This document shows positions 35,216-44,693 of a stretch of 51,088 nucleotides of DNA, piece by piece. The position numbers and the translations under genes are program-made. The notes under the pieces were generated by a model. That model was not told the origin of the DNA and ran no database searches. It saw nothing but the letters and a program-made list of their open reading frames with translations. The stretch is taken from positions 1 through 51,088 of the IMG/VR virus record IMGVR_UViG_3300020045_016223; one strand, 5' to 3'. The stretch's first letter is position 1. Each line of letters starts with the position of its first letter. Source of the stretch: a virus (taxonomy: Duplodnaviria > Caudoviricetes).

Positions 35216-36223
35216 ATGGCTACAAATAATATCACAAACTCCCCCCTTCCCACATCGCTTGCGTTAGGTGGAACGAATGCCGCATTGACGGCCTCAAATG
35301 GGGGCATATTTTATAGCACGGCATCTGCGGGGGCTATTCTATCTGGAACGGCTACGGCAAACCAAATGCTTCAATCAGGAGCTTCTGGTGCCCCTTCTTG
35401 GTCAACCGCTACCTATCCTGCTACGACAACGGCTAACCAACTTCTCTATTCCTCGTCCAACAATGTTGTTGGTGGTTTATCTACAACTGGTAGCGCATGT
35501 TTGGTTACAAACAGTTCCGGTGTTCCTTCCTGGTCATCATCTATGACCAACGGACAGGTAATTATAGGAAGCACAAGTGGCACCCCAACCGCAGCTACTT
35601 TAACAGCAGGAACCAATGTAACGATTACAAATGGTCCAGGTAGCATTACGATAAATTCGACAGCAGGTGGTTCTGGAAATTGGGTATGGATTGCGACACA
35701 GACGGCTTCCTCTAGTGCATCTTTGAATTTTGATAACCAATTTAGTTCAACTTATATTGCTTACCGCCTTGTTTTAAAAAACATTTTGCCAGTAAGTGCT
35801 TCAACTAACTTATTGTTAAGGTTAGGTACAGGAGCAGGTCCAACATATATATCAACAGGTTATATATATCAGATATTAGAAGTTTCTAGAAATTCATTAG
35901 ATCAATTTAATCCTTCTTATAAAGGATATACAGGGACGGGTTTTAGTGGCGCACTAATTACATATAACAATAATGGTGGAATTATCAATAACTCAACTTA
36001 TGGTGGCGTGTGTGGAACTATTGATTTATTTGTTACTGCGGGATCATCTCAAGTGGCTAATGGTATCAGCAAAATGTCTTATAAAGGAGCTTCACCCGCA
36101 GATTATGTAAGTACAAACTGTTTTTTCCAGCAACCGTCAGCTAGTTTTACGTCTGTTCAATTATTGATGCTTACCGGAAATATAGTCTCCGGTTCAGCTT
36201 ATTTGTATGGGTTAACTGCTTAA
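35216..36223 (+). CDS. Short fibre paralogue C
   Basis: Near-identical DNA to B over the shaft; divergent tip loops. Confidence 0.8.
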   Translation: MATNNITNSPLPTSLALGGTNAALTASNGGIFYSTASAGAILSGTATANQMLQSGASGAPSWSTATYPATTTANQLLYSSSNNVVGGLSTTGSACLVTNSSGVPSWSSSMTNGQVIIGSTSGTPTAATLTAGTNVTITNGPGSITINSTAGGSGNWVWIATQTASSSASLNFDNQFSSTYIAYRLVLKNILPVSASTNLLLRLGTGAGPTYISTGYIYQILEVSRNSLDQFNPSYKGYTGTGFSGALITYNNNGGIINNSTYGGVCGTIDLFVTAGSSQVANGISKMSYKGASPADYVSTNCFFQQPSASFTSVQLLMLTGNIVSGSAYLYGLTA

Positions 36224-36274
36224 TTTTAAAAAACATTTGAGATATTAAAACTATTTATCCTATATGAGGTTTAG

Positions 36275-37270
36275 GTGATTATAACCAATGCTATTAATTC
36301 CCCGCTTCCCACATCACTTGCATTAGGTGGAACGAATGCCGCATTGACGGCATCAAATGGCGGTATATTTTATAGCACGGCATCTGCAGGGGCTATTCTA
36401 TCTGGAACGGCTACGGCAAACCAAACACTTATGTCAGGAGCTTCAACATCACCCACTTGGTCAACTGCCACTTATCTTCCGACAACTACAGCTAATCAAC
36501 TTCTCTATTCTTCAGGAACTAATGCGATTGGTGAGTTAGCAACTGATAATAGTGCTTGTTTGGTTTCTGACACTGAACTCCTCCCTATTATTACCTCCTA
36601 TCCTGTGTGGTCATTACCAATGCAAGATGGACAAATTATAATAGGTGGAACAAGTGGAAGGCCAGAGCCATTCAATTTAACCTCAAATTCAACACTGACA
36701 ATTACAAATGGCTCAGGAAGTATTACAATAGATTCCCACATGGCAATGTTGACAGCTTCAAACAGTGCTTCCTTGAATTTTGATAACGTTTTTAGTCCAA
36801 ATTATGTATCCTACCGTATGGTTTTAAAGAATATATTTCCTCATAATTCTTTCGCAAATTTATATTTAAGATTTGGTACTGGTACAACAAACCCAAATTA
36901 TATATCATCAGGGTATACATATCAACTTTTGGATGTTTCAAATAATGGAGCAAATGTTACTTACCCAGGTTATACAGGGTCTACTTTTAGCCAAGCATTG
37001 CTTACGTATGCTGCTAATCAAGGAATTTCTAATTTAATACCTTATGATGGGGTTTGTGGATATATTGATTTATTTGTTACTTCGGGTACATCAAATGTAG
37101 CAAGTGGCATAAGTAGGTTATCTTATGAATCGGCAAACAATGTTGTACGTTATGTTAATACAACTTGTGCTTTTCAGCTTCCAGAAGACAATTATACTTC
37201 TGTACAATTGTTAATGAGTGATGGACTTATTTACTCTGGAACAGCTTATTTATATGGTTTTTCAACCTAA
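36275..37270 (+). CDS. Short fibre paralogue D
   Basis: Same N-terminus and tip fold, more diverged shaft. Confidence 0.8.
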   Translation: MIITNAINSPLPTSLALGGTNAALTASNGGIFYSTASAGAILSGTATANQTLMSGASTSPTWSTATYLPTTTANQLLYSSGTNAIGELATDNSACLVSDTELLPIITSYPVWSLPMQDGQIIIGGTSGRPEPFNLTSNSTLTITNGSGSITIDSHMAMLTASNSASLNFDNVFSPNYVSYRMVLKNIFPHNSFANLYLRFGTGTTNPNYISSGYTYQLLDVSNNGANVTYPGYTGSTFSQALLTYAANQGISNLIPYDGVCGYIDLFVTSGTSNVASGISRLSYESANNVVRYVNTTCAFQLPEDNYTSVQLLMSDGLIYSGTAYLYGFST

Positions 37271-37296
37271 TACATAAAATTTTAGGATAATTTTAG

Positions 37297-38202
37297 ATGT
37301 CTTTCATCCTCACATATAACACTCTTTATGAAAAGACGGTAAGCTATCTTGAGAGGCTTGATGAAACTGTTACCCATGATTTTGATGCTTGGGTAAAATT
37401 TGCGCATGACCGTATCGGAAGGGATTCCAATACACAATTGTTTGAAGTGTACATATCAGGCACCTTTACGCCAGGTATATCCGTTATCCCAAAACCTGCC
37501 CGTTGGCAAAATACCATTACTTTCAATTATGGAACAGGCGCAAACATTGTAACATTAGGTAATAATCCTTTATCTACAGATGGTGCTACATCTACCGTCA
37601 CCGTTACGATTCCTTCTACCGTTGGATTAGTTAACGGACAGACAGTTATCATATCAGGAGCAACAGGAGGAGGAGGACTCACACCATCGCAACTAAATGT
37701 AGCTTCTCCTATTACAATTATCAGTGGAACGATATTCACATATTCTGCAAGTGCTGATTCTACAAGCATAGCAACTATCGGTGGATCGGCTATTACGGCA
37801 TCTTTTCCAAACAATAATGTCTATACACCTATCTTATTGCGATCATTTGAATATGCGCGATCATTTTGGCCTAATCAATCTTTGACAAATCCACCAAAAT
37901 TTTATGCTGATTATGGATATTACAATTGGTTGATTTCTCCAACGCCAGACCAAAATTATCCTTTTGTTTTAGGATATTTGGAAACACCTCAAGTCATTGA
38001 TGAGACTTATCAATCAAATTACCTGACTGAATTCATGCCGGAAGTCTTGTTAAAAGCTGTCCTTCTAGAAGCGATGCTTGACCTAAAGAACGATGAGAGA
38101 ATTCCTGTTATAGAAGCTGAATATGTAAAAGCTATTTCTTCCTGGAATGCAAAAGATAAATTACGAAAAATTGACCGTTATGTATCAAGAGAGGCTGATT
38201 AA
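37297..38202 (+). CDS. Tail adaptor protein with one inserted beta module
   Basis: TY..L...YLER.D, KPARW, LLR.FEY.R..WP...PKFYADY.Y..WL..PTPD, LKNDERIP; insert at 37555-37809. Confidence 0.8.
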   Translation: MSFILTYNTLYEKTVSYLERLDETVTHDFDAWVKFAHDRIGRDSNTQLFEVYISGTFTPGISVIPKPARWQNTITFNYGTGANIVTLGNNPLSTDGATSTVTVTIPSTVGLVNGQTVIISGATGGGGLTPSQLNVASPITIISGTIFTYSASADSTSIATIGGSAITASFPNNNVYTPILLRSFEYARSFWPNQSLTNPPKFYADYGYYNWLISPTPDQNYPFVLGYLETPQVIDETYQSNYLTEFMPEVLLKAVLLEAMLDLKNDERIPVIEAEYVKAISSWNAKDKLRKIDRYVSREAD

Positions 38203-38204
38203 TT

Positions 38205-40307
38205 ATGAGTTATACAAATATATTCGGTGGAAACAACATCAACACATCTTTTCCATCCTACATACGTTATGACCTTACTGCTGATTTGCAATTAAATTGG
38301 GCGTCATCCTTTGTTGATACCGCACCAGGAACCAATAACGTAACCGCTCAGATCAATGATCTAAATCCAATAGTTGTTGGTTTAACGGTAACGCTTGCGG
38401 ATGCAACTCTTATATCCGTTGGACAAACAATCCAGTTTAATAATATCGGTGCAAATAATATAACAATCAATGATTTTAGTGGGAATGAACTTTCTATAAT
38501 TCCTACTATTGATGGAAACCAATATATATTTTATCTACGTGATAATTCAACACAAGCAGGAATATGGGGAATTACCCATCTTGGTGCAGGAACTACTTCC
38601 GCCGATGCAAGTATATTGGCTGGACTTGGAACGATTTCTCTTAATAGTGAAATCAATACAAATTTTCCAGGAAAGACGATTGGGTCAAACTATCAAGTTC
38701 TATCAAGTGATCGAGCCTCTATCCTCGTTTGGACGGGGGGTGCAGGAACAATCACACTGCCTACCCAACTTGCAGGATTTTATATCGCTGTCAATAACGA
38801 AGGGACTGGCGTTGTTACGATTGCTACACCGGATGCCACAACGATTGATGGACAAGTTTCTTTTCAATTAAATCCTTCAGAATCATCTTATTTTATCGGT
38901 GTTGGTGTTGGTGGAAATTGGAACACGCTGGGGTTCGGTGTCGAGTCATTTTTTCAAGTAAATGTTTTATCACCTATTAATTTAGCACCAGTCAATCCAT
39001 CAATTACCTTAACAAACAGCCAAGCATCCAGACTTGTCCATCAATATACGGGAAATTTAGCCAACAATGTAACGGTCTATTATCCTGCTGCCGCAGGACA
39101 ATGGTATATTTGGAACAATACGACAGGAGCATTTACCGTAACAGCACAATTGGCAGGTCCTACAGGAAATCCAGTCCTAATTCCGCAAGGAGAAAAAGTA
39201 ATCCTCTATTCAGATGGAACCAGCATATATAATACACCGACAATTTCAACTGCTGCAATTTTTCCTGATGGGACTGTTGGCTCTCCTGGCATAAACTTTG
39301 TTTCTGACAATACGACAGGTTTTTATAAACCAGCCACTCCACCTGCCGGAGTTGTTAACTATTCAGCCGCAGGTACGGCAAGTTTATCCTTTGGTGGTGC
39401 AGCCGCAGGATATGGATTGGGAATTTTAGGAGGTCTAGAATCAAGATATTATGAAGCATCTAATAATAACTATGTAGGTTTCAAAGCAGGTAATTTAGCA
39501 GGAAATACAATATGGACACTTCCTTTAACAGACTCAGTAGGAACTCAAGCACTTGTTTCAAATGGTGCAGGTATACTTAATTGGCAGACAACAGTTACAA
39601 ACGTTATAGGTACTGCAAATGAAATTACTGTCACTAATCCTACAACAACTCCTACAATTTCAATTTCAAATACGTATATAGGTCAACCTTCTATAACAAC
39701 ATTAGGAACAATTGGAACGGGTATCTGGAATGGTACGCCCATTACGGTTCCTTATGGTGGAACAGGTATAAATACAACGACAGCATTTGGCGTTCTCTGT
39801 GGTGGTACCACGGCAACAAATCCCCTCCAGAATGCAGGTTCGGGACTCTCAAACCAGATATTGGTATCAAATGGTGTGAATGCGTTACCGACTTGGCAAG
39901 CCATACAAACATCAGTTCTTCCTGCTGCTACCAAAGCTACTCAAATAACAGGTACAACAAATGCAAATTATACAAATCCTGCCGTTCAACAGTTTCATAA
40001 TTCAGCAGCTAAAGCATGGGTAAGATTTCTTGGAGCCGATGGAACAATAAGAAGTTCTTATAATGTAGCATCGGTAACAAGAAATAGTGTTGGAAATTAT
40101 ACAATTACATTTACTATTCCTTTCGCTGATTCTTTTTATAGTTGTTTTGCTCTAACTGAACAACAAGTTGGAATTTCTAATTTTTCATTGGTTATAAGAG
40201 ATTTTCGAACTCTTACCACCACTCAATCTCGTTTGCAAACATATGATGCAATTTTTGCTGCTATTGATGCAAATGTTGTTAATGCTCTTTTTTTTGGATT
40301 ACAATAA
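38205..40307 (+). CDS. Tail fibre/spike protein
   Basis: FPDGTVGSPGINF.SD..TG fibre motif, VPYGGTG module, AKAWV.F...SYNV.SV.....G.Y.I.F tip. Confidence 0.75.
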   Translation: MSYTNIFGGNNINTSFPSYIRYDLTADLQLNWASSFVDTAPGTNNVTAQINDLNPIVVGLTVTLADATLISVGQTIQFNNIGANNITINDFSGNELSIIPTIDGNQYIFYLRDNSTQAGIWGITHLGAGTTSADASILAGLGTISLNSEINTNFPGKTIGSNYQVLSSDRASILVWTGGAGTITLPTQLAGFYIAVNNEGTGVVTIATPDATTIDGQVSFQLNPSESSYFIGVGVGGNWNTLGFGVESFFQVNVLSPINLAPVNPSITLTNSQASRLVHQYTGNLANNVTVYYPAAAGQWYIWNNTTGAFTVTAQLAGPTGNPVLIPQGEKVILYSDGTSIYNTPTISTAAIFPDGTVGSPGINFVSDNTTGFYKPATPPAGVVNYSAAGTASLSFGGAAAGYGLGILGGLESRYYEASNNNYVGFKAGNLAGNTIWTLPLTDSVGTQALVSNGAGILNWQTTVTNVIGTANEITVTNPTTTPTISISNTYIGQPSITTLGTIGTGIWNGTPITVPYGGTGINTTTAFGVLCGGTTATNPLQNAGSGLSNQILVSNGVNALPTWQAIQTSVLPAATKATQITGTTNANYTNPAVQQFHNSAAKAWVRFLGADGTIRSSYNVASVTRNSVGNYTITFTIPFADSFYSCFALTEQQVGISNFSLVIRDFRTLTTTQSRLQTYDAIFAAIDANVVNALFFGLQ

Positions 40308-42649
40308 TGGCCGCAGATCATATCATAGATTTTCTGTTTCCTGCACCCGGTATACAAAGGGATGGTACCCAATTTGACTCAAAACAATGCATTGATGGTC
40401 AATGGGTAAGATTCTATAAAGGTCGTCCTAAGAAAATCGGAGGCAGTATGCTTCTTGATCCAGGTGGGCTTGAGATCATTAGGAACGTTTATAATGTTGA
40501 TCAACAAAAAGATGTAACAGATTGCTATTTAGGACGCGCTTCAACCCTATCTGTTTGCCCTATCTCAAATGGTATTGCCAACCCTGAATTTGACCGTACA
40601 CCCTCAGGTTTTGTCGCTGATCCTAATAACAATTGGACATTTGACCGATATACGGTTTTAGGAGATACCAATTCTATTGTTCTTCTTCCAAATGCAATCT
40701 TTACAACGGCTACATCAGCAAATGTCACCGTTACTGTCCCATCAACAGCTAATCTCACAACAGGGCAATATGTAACGATTTCAGGGGCAACAGATACGAA
40801 TGGTATTACTGCTGCTCAATTGAATATTTCTGCGCAAATAACTGTGAATGCAGGACAACCAACCTTTACGTATGCTTCTGGCGGTACCGCTACTTCAACA
40901 GGATATGGTGGTGGAAATAATATTACTTACCTTCCTAACTTGGCAAACAATCCTATCGCAACAACAAACGGTTCAAATACGATAACTGTAACTGTCCCAT
41001 CGACAGTAAATTTGAGAGTTGGTGAAACCATAACGATTTCAGGATCGGCTGCTGTCAATAACATAACGGCATCTCAAATAAATATTACAGCCGTCATAGC
41101 TTCTATCCCATCCGCTACGACATTCACTTATTTAACTGTTGGCCCACCTGCCGCTAATGCAACAGGATCAGGCGGTGGAACGGGCGTCACTTTAATGACT
41201 TCTAATACGACAAACTATATCATCGCCCATGCAGCACCGAATGTCCTTGATATTAACAATGAAACCCAAACTTTGATTTATTGGGGAGATACCAAATCTA
41301 CAAATCCTTTGGTTCCTATATCTGTTTCAAATCCCGTTGCTTCAGGTGGAATTGTTGTCTTATATCCTTATTTTTTCAAATATGGAAATGATGGGGTTGT
41401 AACAGCAACCTTAAATCCTGGTGGAAATTGGTCAGATGCAATAAGTTTTCCGATAACCAATACAAAGATTATAAAAGGACTGAGAACAAGGGGAGGAGGG
41501 AATCCACCTGCCGGATTATTTTGGACTTTAAATTCATTGATAAGGGCAAATTTTATAGGGGGAGACGCCTTATTTAGTTTTGACACAATCCAGGACGATA
41601 TTTCTGTTCTTTCCCAAAATTGTATTGTTACGCAAAAACAGGTTTTTTACTGGATAGGTAATAACCAATTTTATTTTTATAATGGTGTTGTTGACATATT
41701 GATTAATGAAACAAACAGAGAATATTTTTTTAATAATTTAAATTATAAATATAAAAATAAGGTTTGGGGAGAATATAAAGAAAAATATCAGGAAATATGG
41801 TGGTATTGGCCTAAATACCCAAATACAGAATGCTCTGATGCTATCGTATACAATATCCTTGGAAAATTCTGGTTTGATACCGTTCATGGACGAAGTGCAG
41901 GGACAACTATTGGAGAAGATAAATATCCAATTGAAGCGGACTCTGTAGGAATATTAAACAGGTTCAATCATTCGCCTATAGTTATTAATCTTGCCAATAA
42001 TCCTTTAACAACGACAATTAACCAAAACATTGTAACCGTTACCATTCCGACAGTTACAACCTTACGTTCAGGAATGCTGGTAACCATCATAGGAGCAACT
42101 GAATTCAATGGGTTACGTGCCGATCAATTGAACCTTGCTTCCGTTCCTATCACTGTTCGAAATAGTACTTCTTTTAGTTATTTAGTTAGTTCAAATGCGA
42201 CAGGAACAGGAAGCGGAGGAGGCGCAGGTGTTTCCTATAGTTATCCAAACCTGAATTATGGTTTATGGCAAGAAGAAACGGGAACGGATATGGTTCTCTA
42301 TGGACAATCTTATGCCATTGATTCTTATTTTGAGACCAATAAAATGACCTGGTTTGAAAAAGCACCTACAGATGACCGTGAGATGCGCATTAGGCGTATT
42401 GAACAAGATTTTATTCAATCAGGTACTATGACAGTAGTCGTCAATACACAGGACTTTCCACAAGGCCCTGTTTCAAGTTCTAATATCTATCCTTTTCTCC
42501 CATCCCAACCAGTTGTTGTCTTGGACAAAACAGACATGAACAATATGGGACGCATCGTAAGCTTTAAGTTTAGAAGCAATGTTTCAGGAGGTGATTATTT
42601 AATGGGTAAAACCATTCTTAACTTTGCCCCAGGAGATGTAAGGCCATGA
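40307..42649 (+). CDS. Tail nozzle/stabilisation protein (tubular protein B-like) with three inserted beta modules
   Basis: PGIQRDGT..D....DGQWVRF..GRPKKIGG, FYWIG..FY.YNG, EIWW.WP, RIEQDF.QSG, FRSNV.GGDY.MG. Confidence 0.8.
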   Translation: MAADHIIDFLFPAPGIQRDGTQFDSKQCIDGQWVRFYKGRPKKIGGSMLLDPGGLEIIRNVYNVDQQKDVTDCYLGRASTLSVCPISNGIANPEFDRTPSGFVADPNNNWTFDRYTVLGDTNSIVLLPNAIFTTATSANVTVTVPSTANLTTGQYVTISGATDTNGITAAQLNISAQITVNAGQPTFTYASGGTATSTGYGGGNNITYLPNLANNPIATTNGSNTITVTVPSTVNLRVGETITISGSAAVNNITASQINITAVIASIPSATTFTYLTVGPPAANATGSGGGTGVTLMTSNTTNYIIAHAAPNVLDINNETQTLIYWGDTKSTNPLVPISVSNPVASGGIVVLYPYFFKYGNDGVVTATLNPGGNWSDAISFPITNTKIIKGLRTRGGGNPPAGLFWTLNSLIRANFIGGDALFSFDTIQDDISVLSQNCIVTQKQVFYWIGNNQFYFYNGVVDILINETNREYFFNNLNYKYKNKVWGEYKEKYQEIWWYWPKYPNTECSDAIVYNILGKFWFDTVHGRSAGTTIGEDKYPIEADSVGILNRFNHSPIVINLANNPLTTTINQNIVTVTIPTVTTLRSGMLVTIIGATEFNGLRADQLNLASVPITVRNSTSFSYLVSSNATGTGSGGGAGVSYSYPNLNYGLWQEETGTDMVLYGQSYAIDSYFETNKMTWFEKAPTDDREMRIRRIEQDFIQSGTMTVVVNTQDFPQGPVSSSNIYPFLPSQPVVVLDKTDMNNMGRIVSFKFRSNVSGGDYLMGKTILNFAPGDVRP

Positions 42650-42867
42650 CAAACATTGTTATACCTAGAAATATAGATTTTGTGACATGGGCTGCGAATT
42701 TATATATAGATTTGCCAAATTTAAATATCCCATTGGCAATGAGTGAAGAAACTTGGAAACAATGGGCGCAGACAATACTTCTTGAAAATGAACTTGTTAA
42801 TGTGCCATTGCCAGATAATTTTACGGATTGGCAGAATTGGGCTGATTATTTTGTGAATAACGTGTAA
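42646..42867 (+). CDS. Small Trp-rich tail protein
   Basis: WAA...W..WA...P.PD.F.DWQ.WA; ATGA overlap. Confidence 0.7.
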   Translation: MTNIVIPRNIDFVTWAANLYIDLPNLNIPLAMSEETWKQWAQTILLENELVNVPLPDNFTDWQNWADYFVNNV

Positions 42868-42898
42868 AATTTTAATAAATATTTACGGAGTATAGACC

Positions 42899-44656
42899 AT
42901 GCAGAATTTACCACCCCAATTAACACCACAATCTCAATCCCCAATGCAAATGTCCGCTATGGGCGGACAGATGGATGGATATAACCAAATGCCGGAGAAT
43001 GGTGAAGAACCTCAGAAAATTATAGCTCATTTTGGATTAGATGAGCTTCAAGATTTAGATCAATTTTTATTAAAAACATTACAGGAAATATATAAAACTA
43101 ATTTGCCGGAAGATATTTTGTTTGATCCTGAGACCGGATTAAGAAATTACACACCTCTCGATACAATCTTAAAAGAACCTGAAATTTACGAAGCTCTTTC
43201 ATCTATTTTTTCTCAATCCCATCAAAAATTTGCTATGGGAGGAGAAGTTAATGAACCTGGAAGGCCAATTGATCCTGAATTAGAAAAACTAAGGTTAGAA
43301 GGTCGTCATGGGGATATAGAATTAGCAATTATTACACCGTTTTTATTGAAAACATTTTCTAAATGGGCAGGAAGAGAACCTGACATTAATCCAGAAACAG
43401 GATTGCCTGAATTTGGAATTTTCGGAAATATATTTAAATCAATCCTTAGAGTAGGTGCAACAATTGTAGGTGGTTTCTTCGGAGGACCCATGGGTGCTGC
43501 TTTAGGAGCAGGACTTGCTACTAAATTAACAGGTGGTTCATGGGGTCAATCATTAGGTGCAGGTGCCATGGGTGGATTAGGTGCCGGTATCTTTGGTGGT
43601 TTTGGTGGCGGAGCTAGTGGAAGCGGTGCAGGAGGATTTTTAGGAAGACTTCCAGGAATAGGAAATCTTTTTGGCGGAATGAGCGGTGGTTCTGGTGGTG
43701 GATTTTTAGGAAATCTCCCAGGAATAGGGAATCTTTTTGGTGGCATGGGTGGCGGTCTCCCTCAAGGTGTAGTTGGTGCAAATACCATAGGAAGGATGCT
43801 TCCTGCAAGTGCTTTTGGACAGAATTTGGGTCAAGTAGGTCTGCAAGCAGCAGGACAATCAGGTGGTGGAGGATTTTTAGGAAACATGCTTGGCGGATTA
43901 GGTATGGGTGGCGGAGCTGGTGGTTCTGGCGGTGGATTTTTAGGAAGTCTTGGTGGTCTAATCGGCAAAGGATTGCCATTAATTGGATCAGGATTATTAA
44001 TGGCTAAAGGCAACAAAGACGAACAAAGAGGAATAAGGGAACACCAACAGGCACTTGAAGCCAAGGAACAAAGAGAAAAAGCTGAAAATGAAGCTATGCG
44101 AGAACGTATGGGATTCAATGCAAAGTTAAATCCGATAGAGCCTTATAGGAGACGCCAAATTAATCCTGATATTACTCAGGAACAATATTCACGGGGAGTT
44201 GCTCCTTCGTATTTTGAATATTATGCCGAAGGTGGTGCTATCCGAGGAGATGGTAAAGGGCAAGAAGATAATATTCCAAAAAAAATAAAAGAAAATAGTT
44301 TTATCATAGATGCTTCAACTGTTTCTGATATTGGAGATGGTTCAAGTGATGCAGGTATTAAAGAACTTGATAGATATTTCGGAGAAATTCCTTCTTATGG
44401 AAAACAACATGAAGCCAAAGGTGGATATATAGATGCTCTGGTTTCAAATCAGGAATATGCAGTATCTCCAGAAAAAGTAACAGCTATTGGACATGGTTCA
44501 AATAAAAAAGGAGCAGAAGTCCTAAAGAAGTTTGTTACAGAAATCCGTAAACGAAAAAGAACTTCTGGCAATAAACTTCCACCAAAAGTTAAACCTATTG
44601 GGGGTTATTTAAAAAATATGGGTCATTCTAAAATTAAATCTATTGGCAGATATTAA
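42899..44656 (+). CDS. Putative ejection/internal virion protein 1
   Basis: GRHGD.ELA, INPETGLPEF, long Gly-rich hydrophobic region, G.G.G.ED.IP domain, A-x-GG motifs. Confidence 0.7.
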   Translation: MQNLPPQLTPQSQSPMQMSAMGGQMDGYNQMPENGEEPQKIIAHFGLDELQDLDQFLLKTLQEIYKTNLPEDILFDPETGLRNYTPLDTILKEPEIYEALSSIFSQSHQKFAMGGEVNEPGRPIDPELEKLRLEGRHGDIELAIITPFLLKTFSKWAGREPDINPETGLPEFGIFGNIFKSILRVGATIVGGFFGGPMGAALGAGLATKLTGGSWGQSLGAGAMGGLGAGIFGGFGGGASGSGAGGFLGRLPGIGNLFGGMSGGSGGGFLGNLPGIGNLFGGMGGGLPQGVVGANTIGRMLPASAFGQNLGQVGLQAAGQSGGGGFLGNMLGGLGMGGGAGGSGGGFLGSLGGLIGKGLPLIGSGLLMAKGNKDEQRGIREHQQALEAKEQREKAENEAMRERMGFNAKLNPIEPYRRRQINPDITQEQYSRGVAPSYFEYYAEGGAIRGDGKGQEDNIPKKIKENSFIIDASTVSDIGDGSSDAGIKELDRYFGEIPSYGKQHEAKGGYIDALVSNQEYAVSPEKVTAIGHGSNKKGAEVLKKFVTEIRKRKRTSGNKLPPKVKPIGGYLKNMGHSKIKSIGRY

Positions 44657-44693
44657 AAAGCATCAATAGGAATGCTGCTTAAGGAGATAAATC

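Noticed and set aside
34168-36223. Diversity-generating retroelement (TR/VR pair) in the duplicated fibre genes
   Set aside because: Differences are not adenine-specific and include indels, both copies are intact genes, and there is no reverse transcriptase in the window.
26719-42247. Inteins as the explanation for the repeated in-frame inserts
   Set aside because: No N-terminal Cys/Ser or C-terminal His-Asn splice motifs, and too short for a Hint domain.
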